Made by a program: the position numbers and the translations under genes. A stretch of 64,000 bases of DNA. It comes from Nitrososphaerota archaeon. GTDB lineage: Archaea > Thermoproteota > Nitrososphaeria > Conexivisphaerales > UBA164. Positions 31,789-40,451 of the stretch are shown here, one piece after another; the stretch's first letter is position 1; each line of letters starts with the position of its first letter. The notes under the pieces are model-generated. The model did no database searches, was not told the DNA's origin, and saw only the letters and a program-made list of their open reading frames with translations. Location: contig WYER01000019.1 of the NCBI GenBank assembly GCA_009903795.1, positions 9,395-73,394 of the forward strand. The letters are read 5' to 3'.

Positions 31789-31998
31789 ATGAGCGAAGAA
31801 GAGCACCTAACCCCTGCACAGGTCGTTCAAATAGTGGGTAGGACAGGCGTAGCTGGAGAAATAACCCAAGTTAGATTAAAAATTATGGACGGACCAGAAA
31901 AAGGGAGAATTCTGACAAGGGATGTTAAGGGGCCTGTTAAGCTTGGGGACGTAATTATGCTTAGAGAAACGGAAAGAGAAGCCAGAAAAATAAAGTGA
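31789..31998 (+). CDS. rps28e: 30S ribosomal protein S28e
   Basis: [30 protein letters not shown]. Confidence 0.96.
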   Translation: MSEEEHLTPAQVVQIVGRTGVAGEITQVRLKIMDGPEKGRILTRDVKGPVKLGDVIMLRETEREARKIK

Positions 31999-32004
31999 TA
32001 AGTT

Positions 32005-32190
32005 ATGATCACACAAAAAGTATGTTCTTTTTGTGGAAGGCCGATAAAACCTGGTACCGGAATAACAGTGATAATGAACGACGGCAGCGTTCTTAGGTTT
32101 TGCAGCTTAAGATGCAGAGTATATATGCTCGAACATAAAAAGGATCCGAGAAAACTTAAATGGACAGCAAAACATACATCAACGATATGA
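32005..32190 (+). CDS. rpl24e: 50S ribosomal protein L24e
   Basis: [13 protein letters not shown]...FCS..C...PRKLKWT. Confidence 0.95.
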   Translation: MITQKVCSFCGRPIKPGTGITVIMNDGSVLRFCSLRCRVYMLEHKKDPRKLKWTAKHTSTI

Positions 32191-32591
32191 GCGAAAAAAC
32201 TTTAATAGTAATTAAACCTGATGCGGTAAAAAGAGGGCTTGTCGGACAGATATTGAGTCGTTTTGAAGCAAAAGGATTTATAATAAAAGAACTCAGAATG
32301 ATGCAGCTTTCAAGAGAAAAAGCAGAAGATTTCTATTCGGTTCATAAAGGAAAGCCTTTCTTTAAAGACTTAGTAGATTTTATAACTTCTGGACCGATAG
32401 TTGCTGCTATACTAGAAGGAAGGAATGCTATAGAAGCTGTAAGGATAATGATAGGAAGCACTGATGCGTCAAAAGCTCCACCAGGATCTATTCGTGGCGA
32501 TTATTCTCTTGGACTAACTGATAATAGCATACATGCAAGCGACTCAGTAGAAAGTTTTCAGAGAGAAGCAAAAGTTCTTGATTTGATTTGA
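32187..32591 (+). CDS. ndk: Nucleoside diphosphate kinase
   Basis: [35 protein letters not shown]; ATGA overlap with the L24e stop puts the start at 32187. Confidence 0.96.
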   Translation: MSEKTLIVIKPDAVKRGLVGQILSRFEAKGFIIKELRMMQLSREKAEDFYSVHKGKPFFKDLVDFITSGPIVAAILEGRNAIEAVRIMIGSTDASKAPPGSIRGDYSLGLTDNSIHASDSVESFQREAKVLDLI

Positions 32592-33685
32592 CAGAAGGTT
32601 ACAAAGAATTTGCTACTTATAATGGTTTAAATTTTATAAAAAATTATGCAGAACTTAAAAAATATGAAGCAATAGCTTTTGACATTGATGGCACGCTCAT
32701 TGATTCTAGGGTTTCTTATAACGAGACGATCTATCAAACTGTTTCTATGTTTTATCAGTGGGTCGTTGGCTTTAAACCTCCAAAGGATGAAATAAACAGC
32801 TCTGTAGCAAGGCTCAGGCTTACCGGCGGTTTTAATAACGACTGGGATACCGCTTATACGATTTTGATGGGACTTTATTCGGGTTTTCCGGATGAGATAC
32901 TAAAAGTCTTATCTTTTACTGACTACAAGTTTTTTAAAGATTACATAAAGGTAAAGGTTAACAAGGAAAGCCTTATAGAAACCTCGATAAAGGCGTTAAA
33001 TTATTTATTGATGTATGCAGACAGCAAAGGATTACAGAGCATAGAAGAAGGGCTTAAAAAGCTCTACAATAAAAAGGATAAATTAAATTACCTGATAAAG
33101 ATCAAAGAGAAGCTTAACTATCCTAATTTGCCTAGGAAAAGCCTTCTTTCTACAGTTTTTGAGGAGCTTTACCTAGGTATGGATCTTTTTAAAGAAACTT
33201 GGCAAGCTGAGCCAGTTTTCAAAATCAAAAAAGGGTTTATAGAAGATGAAAAGGTGGTTCTTGAAAACGACGTAAAAACTTTCTTAAAAAAGAAATTTGG
33301 CAACAAAATAGGAATCGCTAGCGGAAGGCCTAAAAAAGCTGCTGTAAAGATTTTAAAAGATTTGCTAGGAAATTTCTTTAATCCTGAGAGTTCTTTTTTC
33401 ATAGATGATGTCTATGCAAGATCAAAAGAACAATGGTTAGGAAAACCAAATCCATTTCTTATTGAACAGGTAATAAAAAACTTAAATGTTAAGAGCTGCC
33501 TTTACGTAGGTGATTCATACGAAGATATATTAATGGTAAAAAATACTAGAGAGTTAGGCTATGAAGTGGGTTTCGTTGGCGTATATGGTTTTTCTCTTGA
33601 TGTGAAAAACTTTATACAAAAATTTATGGAAGCTGATGCAGATGCGATAATTCCTTCTGTAAACGATTTAAAATTTTTGTTTTAA
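32588..33685 (+). CDS. HAD-superfamily hydrolase with a large cap insertion
   Basis: [34 protein letters not shown]. Confidence 0.8.
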   Translation: MTEGYKEFATYNGLNFIKNYAELKKYEAIAFDIDGTLIDSRVSYNETIYQTVSMFYQWVVGFKPPKDEINSSVARLRLTGGFNNDWDTAYTILMGLYSGFPDEILKVLSFTDYKFFKDYIKVKVNKESLIETSIKALNYLLMYADSKGLQSIEEGLKKLYNKKDKLNYLIKIKEKLNYPNLPRKSLLSTVFEELYLGMDLFKETWQAEPVFKIKKGFIEDEKVVLENDVKTFLKKKFGNKIGIASGRPKKAAVKILKDLLGNFFNPESSFFIDDVYARSKEQWLGKPNPFLIEQVIKNLNVKSCLYVGDSYEDILMVKNTRELGYEVGFVGVYGFSLDVKNFIQKFMEADADAIIPSVNDLKFLF

Positions 33686-33842
33686 TAAATTTTTTACATG
33701 TTTTTCTCAAAGGTTACATAAAAGCAAGTAGTTTACTAAATGAGGTTTTATTAAAATATAACAGCTATTTTGCATTAAGTATTATGTAAAAAGCCTCAAT
33801 TTAATAGTAGCATTTAAAACTTTTGATTAAAAGATCATAAAT

Positions 33843-34286
33843 ATGGCAGTCGAAGAAATTGAACATTCAGCTGGGGGGGTAGTATTTAAAGAAAGTAAGA
33901 GCGGCCCTCTCTACCTTGTATTAATAAGTAAAAGGAGAAGATGGGAATTTCCTAAGGGCCATATTGAACCAGGAGAAGATACAAAGATGGCAGCTATAAG
34001 AGAAGTAAAAGAAGAAACTGGATTAAGCGATTTGGAAGTGTTTGACGGTTTTTCTTTCACAGTTACTTATGAATTTTTTAAAAACGGTAACAAGGTGAAA
34101 AAAGACGTCGTTTATTATTTAATGAAAACAAATTCTCAAACGGTTAAAATCAGCGACGAACATATAGGTTATATGTGGCTATCTTATGAAAAAGCTCTTA
34201 ATACTTTAACTCATAAAAACTCAAAAAACCTACTGAGAGAAGCTAATTCTTGGTTGATGGCTCTATATGGATCATGGAGGGCATGA
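33843..34286 (+). CDS. NUDIX hydrolase, bis(5'-nucleosyl)-tetraphosphatase-like
   Basis: SAGGVVF, WEFPKGHIEPGED..AAIREVKEETG Nudix box, ISDEH..YMW. Confidence 0.88.
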   Translation: MAVEEIEHSAGGVVFKESKSGPLYLVLISKRRRWEFPKGHIEPGEDTKMAAIREVKEETGLSDLEVFDGFSFTVTYEFFKNGNKVKKDVVYYLMKTNSQTVKISDEHIGYMWLSYEKALNTLTHKNSKNLLREANSWLMALYGSWRA

Positions 34287-34385
34287 ATATCGATCAAAAT
34301 TTATGTATAAATATTTTGTTTTAAAACAAAAATTTTTTGACAATCATAACTTTATATACTTCTATTAACTAGTAGTCTAAGAGAT

Positions 34386-36188
34386 TTGAGCAGCAACCTT
34401 ATGACAAAAAGGCTAAAAATCATCTTTTCTGTACTAGCCTCAAAAAGCAGACTAGAAATAATTAGAATACTTGCAGCAAAAGGAGGAATGACGTACACAG
34501 AGCTCAAAGAAGCTTCAGGGTTTACTCCAAAGAGAGAATCAGGTAAATTTGCTTATCATCTTAAAAAGCTGGTGCAGCAAAATTTAGTAGTGCAGAACAA
34601 ACAAGAAAGAAAATACATGATAACGCCACTAGGTAGGCTTGTCCTATCGCTTGCTAAGCAGATCGAAGAGGAGTCTCTCGTTTCTTCAGGGCGCTTATAC
34701 GTCAGGGAATCATCACAAAGAATTGAAGAGTTTGATACCTCAAAAATAGTTCAAAGCCTTATAAAAGAAGCCAATGTGCCCCTAGAAGTAGCTCAAAACA
34801 TAGCAAGCGAAGCTGAATCTCGTATATACAAGTTTCAACTTACATATCTCACATCGCCGCTCATCAGAGAGGTTGTAAATTCAATTTTGTTAGAGCAAGG
34901 TTTAGAACAGTATTGGAAAAAACTAAGCAGGCTAGGCATGCCTGTTTATGACTTGGAAGTTATGCTTGAAGAAACAAGCAAAGAAGGAGAGGGGTTTGAG
35001 GACGTTGTGTACAAAGCGGCTGAAAGAATATTTTCTGACTATCTTGTGAGATCTGATCTTCCAACAGATTTGATAGATGCCCACTTTAACGGGAAGATAC
35101 ATCTATCTTTTCCCGAAAACTGGATGTTTAAACCCGATGTTATTGCGTTAGACCTTAATTTGCTAGACGGTATAGCAAACAAAGAAAGTTTAACGTTTGA
35201 AAATTTCATAAAACTTGTTTATGGTCTTTCTAGAGAGGCCAATGCGGAAGTTTTTATTAAAATCAACGAGCCGATGATTGAAAAATTGAAAAAGGAATCC
35301 TTTTTTATGTTACAAAGCTTGCTTCCAAGCACAACTAGATCTCCTGTATTGACAATACACGTTGATAAAGTTGACGATGAGATAATCAATGAATACAATA
35401 GGTTTTTACTTAAAGTAAAAAAACCAAAAGTTTTGCTTAGCACAAACATGAAAGTTCAAGCGCCTTTATTGCTTGTAAACAACGACAACAAGACTTCCAT
35501 AGGTTTTAAACTGAACGAAGAAAAAGGCCTTGAAATAGGAATAATATCCGCATCAATAAATCTGCCACATTTGGCTAATGAGGCTCAGAACGAAGAAAGT
35601 TACTTTAAGGTTAAAGTACTTTTATTAAAAGACATCTTACAAGACGCTATTACGCAAAAGAATAAGCTCATTAATAACAGGCTTTTGATGGGCCTTCTTC
35701 CAACGTTAAAAGAATTAGCAGTTAAACATCCATCAGAATATATTTCTCCACTAGTAAATTTGGCAGGACTAAAAGAAAGTATGATAATGTTAAACATAAA
35801 CCAAGAGGATGTAATAAAAAAGGAAATCGAGCTTATAAACCTTCTACAGGAAAAGATCGGTTACCCTGTCTCATGGATACAAGATGATTCTGGAGAACGT
35901 TTGGCGCACTTAGATTCTCAAAAGCTTGGAAAAAGGTTCAGCCTGCGCCCATATTCTTTAGGATTAGAAATTTATGATGAAAATAATTTTAATGAACAGG
36001 AAATAAAGGAACTTAATAAACATTTGAAAGGAGGTTTAAGGCTAACGTTAGGTTTTCATATAAATGAAAAAACTACATACCTTTACAAAGAAAAGGAAGT
36101 AAAATGCAAAAAATGTGGATGGAACAACCCAATCTCTTTGAAAAATTGCAGAAACTGTGGATACCCTTTAGAACCTGCAAAAACCTAG
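34386..36188 (+). CDS. wHTH + ATP-cone + degenerate NrdD-like barrel + Zn ribbon fusion protein
   Basis: N-terminal RLEIIRIL..MTYTELK..FAYHLKKL..KYMITPLG (ArsR-like wHTH); YVRESSQRIEEFDTSKIVQSLIKE (ATP-cone); DAHFNGKIHL, SINLPHLA, GERLAHLD (NrdD-like); CKKC/CRNC; no glycyl-radical loop. Confidence 0.75.
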   Translation: MSSNLMTKRLKIIFSVLASKSRLEIIRILAAKGGMTYTELKEASGFTPKRESGKFAYHLKKLVQQNLVVQNKQERKYMITPLGRLVLSLAKQIEEESLVSSGRLYVRESSQRIEEFDTSKIVQSLIKEANVPLEVAQNIASEAESRIYKFQLTYLTSPLIREVVNSILLEQGLEQYWKKLSRLGMPVYDLEVMLEETSKEGEGFEDVVYKAAERIFSDYLVRSDLPTDLIDAHFNGKIHLSFPENWMFKPDVIALDLNLLDGIANKESLTFENFIKLVYGLSREANAEVFIKINEPMIEKLKKESFFMLQSLLPSTTRSPVLTIHVDKVDDEIINEYNRFLLKVKKPKVLLSTNMKVQAPLLLVNNDNKTSIGFKLNEEKGLEIGIISASINLPHLANEAQNEESYFKVKVLLLKDILQDAITQKNKLINNRLLMGLLPTLKELAVKHPSEYISPLVNLAGLKESMIMLNINQEDVIKKEIELINLLQEKIGYPVSWIQDDSGERLAHLDSQKLGKRFSLRPYSLGLEIYDENNFNEQEIKELNKHLKGGLRLTLGFHINEKTTYLYKEKEVKCKKCGWNNPISLKNCRNCGYPLEPAKT

Positions 36189-36504
36189 TTTTTAACAAGA
36201 TCTTTTAATTTTTAGAGTTTGATTCCTATTAATAATTTTAATGTATAGTTAAATATTAAACTTGTGATAAACATATGTTTGATTTACTGGGCATATTTTG
36301 CAAAAATGTTCAATTTTTTAAAAAATTAAGAAACAAAATATAATAAACTCTTCAAATTATTTGACATTATACAATAAGAAGTCAAATGTTTTTATCTTAC
36401 AGATAAACCTATTATTTTATTTTGTTAGACAAATGACTAACAAAGCCCTTTATTGATTAAAAATTTTTTACATTTATATAATTACGCGCTTTTTTTTATT
36501 TAAA

Positions 36505-37791
36505 TTGGATCCTGTAGAGTATTCAAGAAAGTATGGGGGTAAAATACAGATAATACCTAAAGTACCGTTAAAAAGCTATGATGACTTTGCTATAATATAC
36601 ACGCCGGGCGTAGCTCAAGTTTCTAAAGTCATTGAAGCTGATGAAGATAAAAGTTTCGAGCTGACAAGTAGAGGAAATACAATAGCAGTGTTAACAAACG
36701 GGACAAGGGTTCTTGGGCTAGGGCCTATTGGTCCTATAGCTGGTCTACCTGTCATGGAAGGAAAAGCTCTCCTTTACAAATTTTTAGGCGGAGTAGATGC
36801 GGTGCCTTTAGCTGTTAAAGCAGATACTGTTGATGAAATGTTAAAAATAGCTGAAGCAATTCAGCCTTCTTTTGGTGGAATAAATTTAGAAGACATAGAA
36901 AGCCCGATGTGTTTTGAAGTATGGGAAAGGCTTCTTGAAAAGCTTAAGATACCTGTATGGCACGATGACCAGCACGGTACAGCTGGAGCTATACTTGCTG
37001 GTTTGATAAACGCCATAAAACTTGCAGGAAAAAAGAAAGAAAACGTTAAAGTTGTGCTTTTTGGAGCTGGGGCAGCAAACATAAGGACAGCTTATGTTCT
37101 CATAGATTATGGGTTTAACCCAAAAAACATAATTCTTATAGACAGCAAAGGGCCACTTCACGCTAACAGGGAAGATGTAGACAGGCTTATGTTTGTTCAT
37201 AAATGGAAATATGAACTTGCAATAAAGACAAACGGTGAGAACGCGATAACAATAGAAGACGCTTTTAAAGGCGCTGACATTCTCGTTGCAGCTAGCAAAC
37301 CAGGGCCAGGTACTATAGATAAGCGCTGGATAATGCAAATGAACGACAAAGCGATAACTTTCCTGTTGGCTAATCCAGTTCCTGAAATGATGCCTGATGA
37401 AGCAAAAGAAGCTGGGGCCTACATAGTTGCTACCGGAAGAAGCGACTTTCCCAATCAGGTTAACAATTCTTTGGTCTTTCCTGCTGTTTTCAGAGGCGTG
37501 CTTGACAGCAAAAGCACTAAAGTTGATAACCAGATAGTTATTGCAGCCGCTGAAGAGCTGGCAAGACAGGCAGAAATAAAAGGAATTTCTGAAAATTATA
37601 TATTACCAAGAATGGATGAATGGGAAGTGTTTATAGAAGAGGCAGCGTCAGTTGCTGATGCTTCAGCAAGGCTCGGGTACGCGAGGGTTAAGTTATCTAG
37701 AGAAGAGTACAGAGAAATCGCAAAGCATAAGATAGAAAGCAGCAGGAAGATCTTAAACAGCATAATACAATTTATTGAAAACGGTCAATAA
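36505..37791 (+). CDS. NAD(P)-dependent malic enzyme
   Basis: [49 protein letters not shown]. Confidence 0.93.
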   Translation: MDPVEYSRKYGGKIQIIPKVPLKSYDDFAIIYTPGVAQVSKVIEADEDKSFELTSRGNTIAVLTNGTRVLGLGPIGPIAGLPVMEGKALLYKFLGGVDAVPLAVKADTVDEMLKIAEAIQPSFGGINLEDIESPMCFEVWERLLEKLKIPVWHDDQHGTAGAILAGLINAIKLAGKKKENVKVVLFGAGAANIRTAYVLIDYGFNPKNIILIDSKGPLHANREDVDRLMFVHKWKYELAIKTNGENAITIEDAFKGADILVAASKPGPGTIDKRWIMQMNDKAITFLLANPVPEMMPDEAKEAGAYIVATGRSDFPNQVNNSLVFPAVFRGVLDSKSTKVDNQIVIAAAEELARQAEIKGISENYILPRMDEWEVFIEEAASVADASARLGYARVKLSREEYREIAKHKIESSRKILNSIIQFIENGQ

Positions 37792-37803
37792 TTAAATTAG
37801 TTC

Positions 37804-39012
37804 TTATGTAACGAGATTTGCTAAAAGCTCAGATATATCCATGACCGATTCATCTTTATATAGGTTTACAAAACATATTGGGCATGAGGTTATGATGATT
37901 TCTGCCTTTGTTTGCTTGAGTTCTTTAAATCTTTTATCTGAAATCTTTTCAGAAGCTTTAGGATAAAAAGCTTCAATAGGTCCGCCACAACAGTACGTGT
38001 TTTTTCCATTATGTATGGGTAGGATCAGATTTGTAATGCTTTCAATAAAACCTTTCGGCACGTTATGATCGGTATGTCTTACAAGGTGACACGGTTCATG
38101 ATAAGTTACAATTTTATCTAATCTTGAGAATTTTAGCGTGCTCAGATGGTCAAGGTAAAATGTTACGTTAAAATCAAAGCCTTTTACATATTTTGTATAC
38201 TTGTTGAGTAAAACGTCGTAAGTGTGAGGGTCAACTGTAATTATGTTCTTTACACCTTTTTTATGAAACAAATCAGTAACCCACTGAGCGTATTGTTTAA
38301 ACTCATTCACATAACCCATATCTATCATCAGCGTACCAGGATATGGTTCTTCCACTCCTAGATAAGAAAATTTAACGCCTGCTTTTTTTAAGAGAAAGTA
38401 AATGTTCTTTAGTTGACTTTCAGACCTTTCTTTAATCTTTTTATCGTAAAACTTTGAGAAAATAAAAGAAGGATTGCCTAAAGATGAAAGTAAAGGGGCC
38501 AAGAATCTGTAAAGCTCTCCTATTGATTTCAGCATTTCGCTAAGTTTTTTGTTGTAAGCCATGAGCTGATGCATGTGCCCAGTATAGAGTATAGTTTCGT
38601 ATGAATTTTCAAATTCAAGGCCTTTTGACCATTCGGTTAATTCTTTTTTTAAACCTAAAGGGTCCTTGTATTTAAAAACAATTTTGGTTATCATCTCGGC
38701 TACCTGATGCTTCTGGTTCTCTATCTGGCCCTCAGCTATGGCCTGTTTCATAAGCTCACTGACAACACCAGAGTTTACGTGTGCAGGACATACCTGAAAA
38801 CAAGCATAACAGTCAAGGCAAGATTCAAAAGGATCTCTAAAGTTAAGGCTATGGTTACCGCTCAAAAACTCTTTGGCTAAGTTTATTCTCCCTCTTGCGC
38901 CCATTGATGTTTTATAGTCAAAAGCAGGTATTGTAGGGCAGACAGCTTCACAGAAGCCGCAGTTAATGCAGTTTGATGCTTCTGAAGAGAGAGCTCTTAT
39001 AACTTCATTCAA
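37804..39012 (-). CDS. Fe-S subunit of glycolate/lactate dehydrogenase (GlcF-like)
   Basis: CINCGFCEAVCP and CLDCYACFQVCP 4Fe-4S motifs plus CCG-domain motifs (YHEPCHL, CCGG, SCPIC); probable TTG start at 39012 overlapping the upstream stop. Confidence 0.85.
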   Translation of the reverse strand: MNEVIRALSSEASNCINCGFCEAVCPTIPAFDYKTSMGARGRINLAKEFLSGNHSLNFRDPFESCLDCYACFQVCPAHVNSGVVSELMKQAIAEGQIENQKHQVAEMITKIVFKYKDPLGLKKELTEWSKGLEFENSYETILYTGHMHQLMAYNKKLSEMLKSIGELYRFLAPLLSSLGNPSFIFSKFYDKKIKERSESQLKNIYFLLKKAGVKFSYLGVEEPYPGTLMIDMGYVNEFKQYAQWVTDLFHKKGVKNIITVDPHTYDVLLNKYTKYVKGFDFNVTFYLDHLSTLKFSRLDKIVTYHEPCHLVRHTDHNVPKGFIESITNLILPIHNGKNTYCCGGPIEAFYPKASEKISDKRFKELKQTKAEIIITSCPICFVNLYKDESVMDISELLANLVT

Positions 39013-40363
39013 TGAGCTTTCCCCTGTTGAGTATATTCTTTGGATCAAATACGTTCTTGATCTTTTTCATAAGTTCAAGGTTTATCTGGTTGTTCCTATA
39101 AGCGAACTCTTTTAATAGAAGCTCTTTTTTCTCTAAGCCTATTCCGTGTTCTGCTGAAACGCAGCCTTCATGTTTTACTGCTATCATTCCTGTTTCAAGC
39201 AACAACTCTTTTGCTTTATCAAAATCGTTAGGGCCGGCGAAGATATTTACGTGTACGTTGCCATCGCCTATGTGTCCAAAAACAGCAATCTTTAAACCGA
39301 TCGATTTAGCTGCATTGTATATTTCCTCTATAGTTTCTGAAATTTTCGATGGAGGGACAACTATATCCCCTATTATAACTCTTTGCTCAGGGGTTTCCCT
39401 CTCTAAAAGTAAAGAAGAGTATAGACCTTTCCTGAGCTTTAACGTATCGTCCATCTCTTTTTTATCCTTTATTGTTCTTAACTCAATTGGTGACGTTTCT
39501 TTAATCGCTTTTAAAACTTGATCGCTCATTTCTGAAGTTATTATAATAAGTAGCGCCTTAGCATTGTCCGGATATGGTATGCCGTAGCTCTTTACTGCGT
39601 TCATTGAAACCTCATCTAAAAACTCAGCTGTCAGCGGTATAAGTCCTCTCTCATTAAGCGTGCTTATTACATCTCCAAATCTTTTATAGCTATCATAGAA
39701 AGCGAGAAACATGGCTTCCCTTTCAGGCAATGGGGCTATTTTTAATGTTGCTTTGGTGACTACGCCTAAAGTGCCCTCGCTGCCTATCATTAAAGCGGTA
39801 AGATCATAGCCTTCTGACCTTTTGAGAGTCTTTTCGCCAAACTGGGTAATAGTGCCATCAGGAAGAACTACTTCAAGGCCTAAAACCCATTCCTTAGTTG
39901 CTCCATACTTGGCTCCTCTCACGCCTCCAGCATTGGTGTTTATCGATCCGCCTATGGTTGCTGCTATATCGCTTGCTGGATCAGGAGGATACATGTATCC
40001 GTATTTTTCTAAATATGAATTAAGCTCTCCAACCCTGACACCGGCTTCCGCGATTACATACCTATCTTTTATGTTTACTTCAAGTATTTTGTCAAACCTA
40101 AGCATGCTCATGACTATGCCGCCTTCAGGTACAGATGAACCTGTTAAAGAAGTGCCTCCTCCTCTCACGTATACTGGCACATCATTTTCGTAACAAAGCT
40201 TTAGAACCTTAGACACCTCAAAAACGTTCCCAGGAATAACAACAGCTATAGGTTTTTCCCCTTCGATGTAAGATGCGTCCTTAACGTACGGAACAATCTC
40301 CTCATATTTTGTTAAAACATACTTTTTGCCAACTATATTTGCAAGCTCATTTGCAATGTTCAT
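39005..40363 (-). CDS. FAD-linked glycolate/D-lactate dehydrogenase subunit (GlcD-like)
   Basis: RGGGTSLTG, PPDPAS, TIGGSINTNAGG, KYGAT, HIGDGNVH, SAEHGIG, FDPKNILNRGK. Confidence 0.88.
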   Translation of the reverse strand: MNIANELANIVGKKYVLTKYEEIVPYVKDASYIEGEKPIAVVIPGNVFEVSKVLKLCYENDVPVYVRGGGTSLTGSSVPEGGIVMSMLRFDKILEVNIKDRYVIAEAGVRVGELNSYLEKYGYMYPPDPASDIAATIGGSINTNAGGVRGAKYGATKEWVLGLEVVLPDGTITQFGEKTLKRSEGYDLTALMIGSEGTLGVVTKATLKIAPLPEREAMFLAFYDSYKRFGDVISTLNERGLIPLTAEFLDEVSMNAVKSYGIPYPDNAKALLIIITSEMSDQVLKAIKETSPIELRTIKDKKEMDDTLKLRKGLYSSLLLERETPEQRVIIGDIVVPPSKISETIEEIYNAAKSIGLKIAVFGHIGDGNVHVNIFAGPNDFDKAKELLLETGMIAVKHEGCVSAEHGIGLEKKELLLKEFAYRNNQINLELMKKIKNVFDPKNILNRGKLIE

Positions 40364-40451
40364 TGTTGTTAAATATTGTAAATGTATTTATAAAATATGA
40401 TTTAAAATGCGTTAATAAAATCGTTTATAAAATATAAAATCAGTCAATTTT

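Noticed and set aside
36269-36280. Perfect 12-bp palindrome AAACATATGTTT upstream of the malic enzyme gene
   Set aside because: Single copy in very AT-rich DNA about 225 bp from the start; chance cannot be excluded
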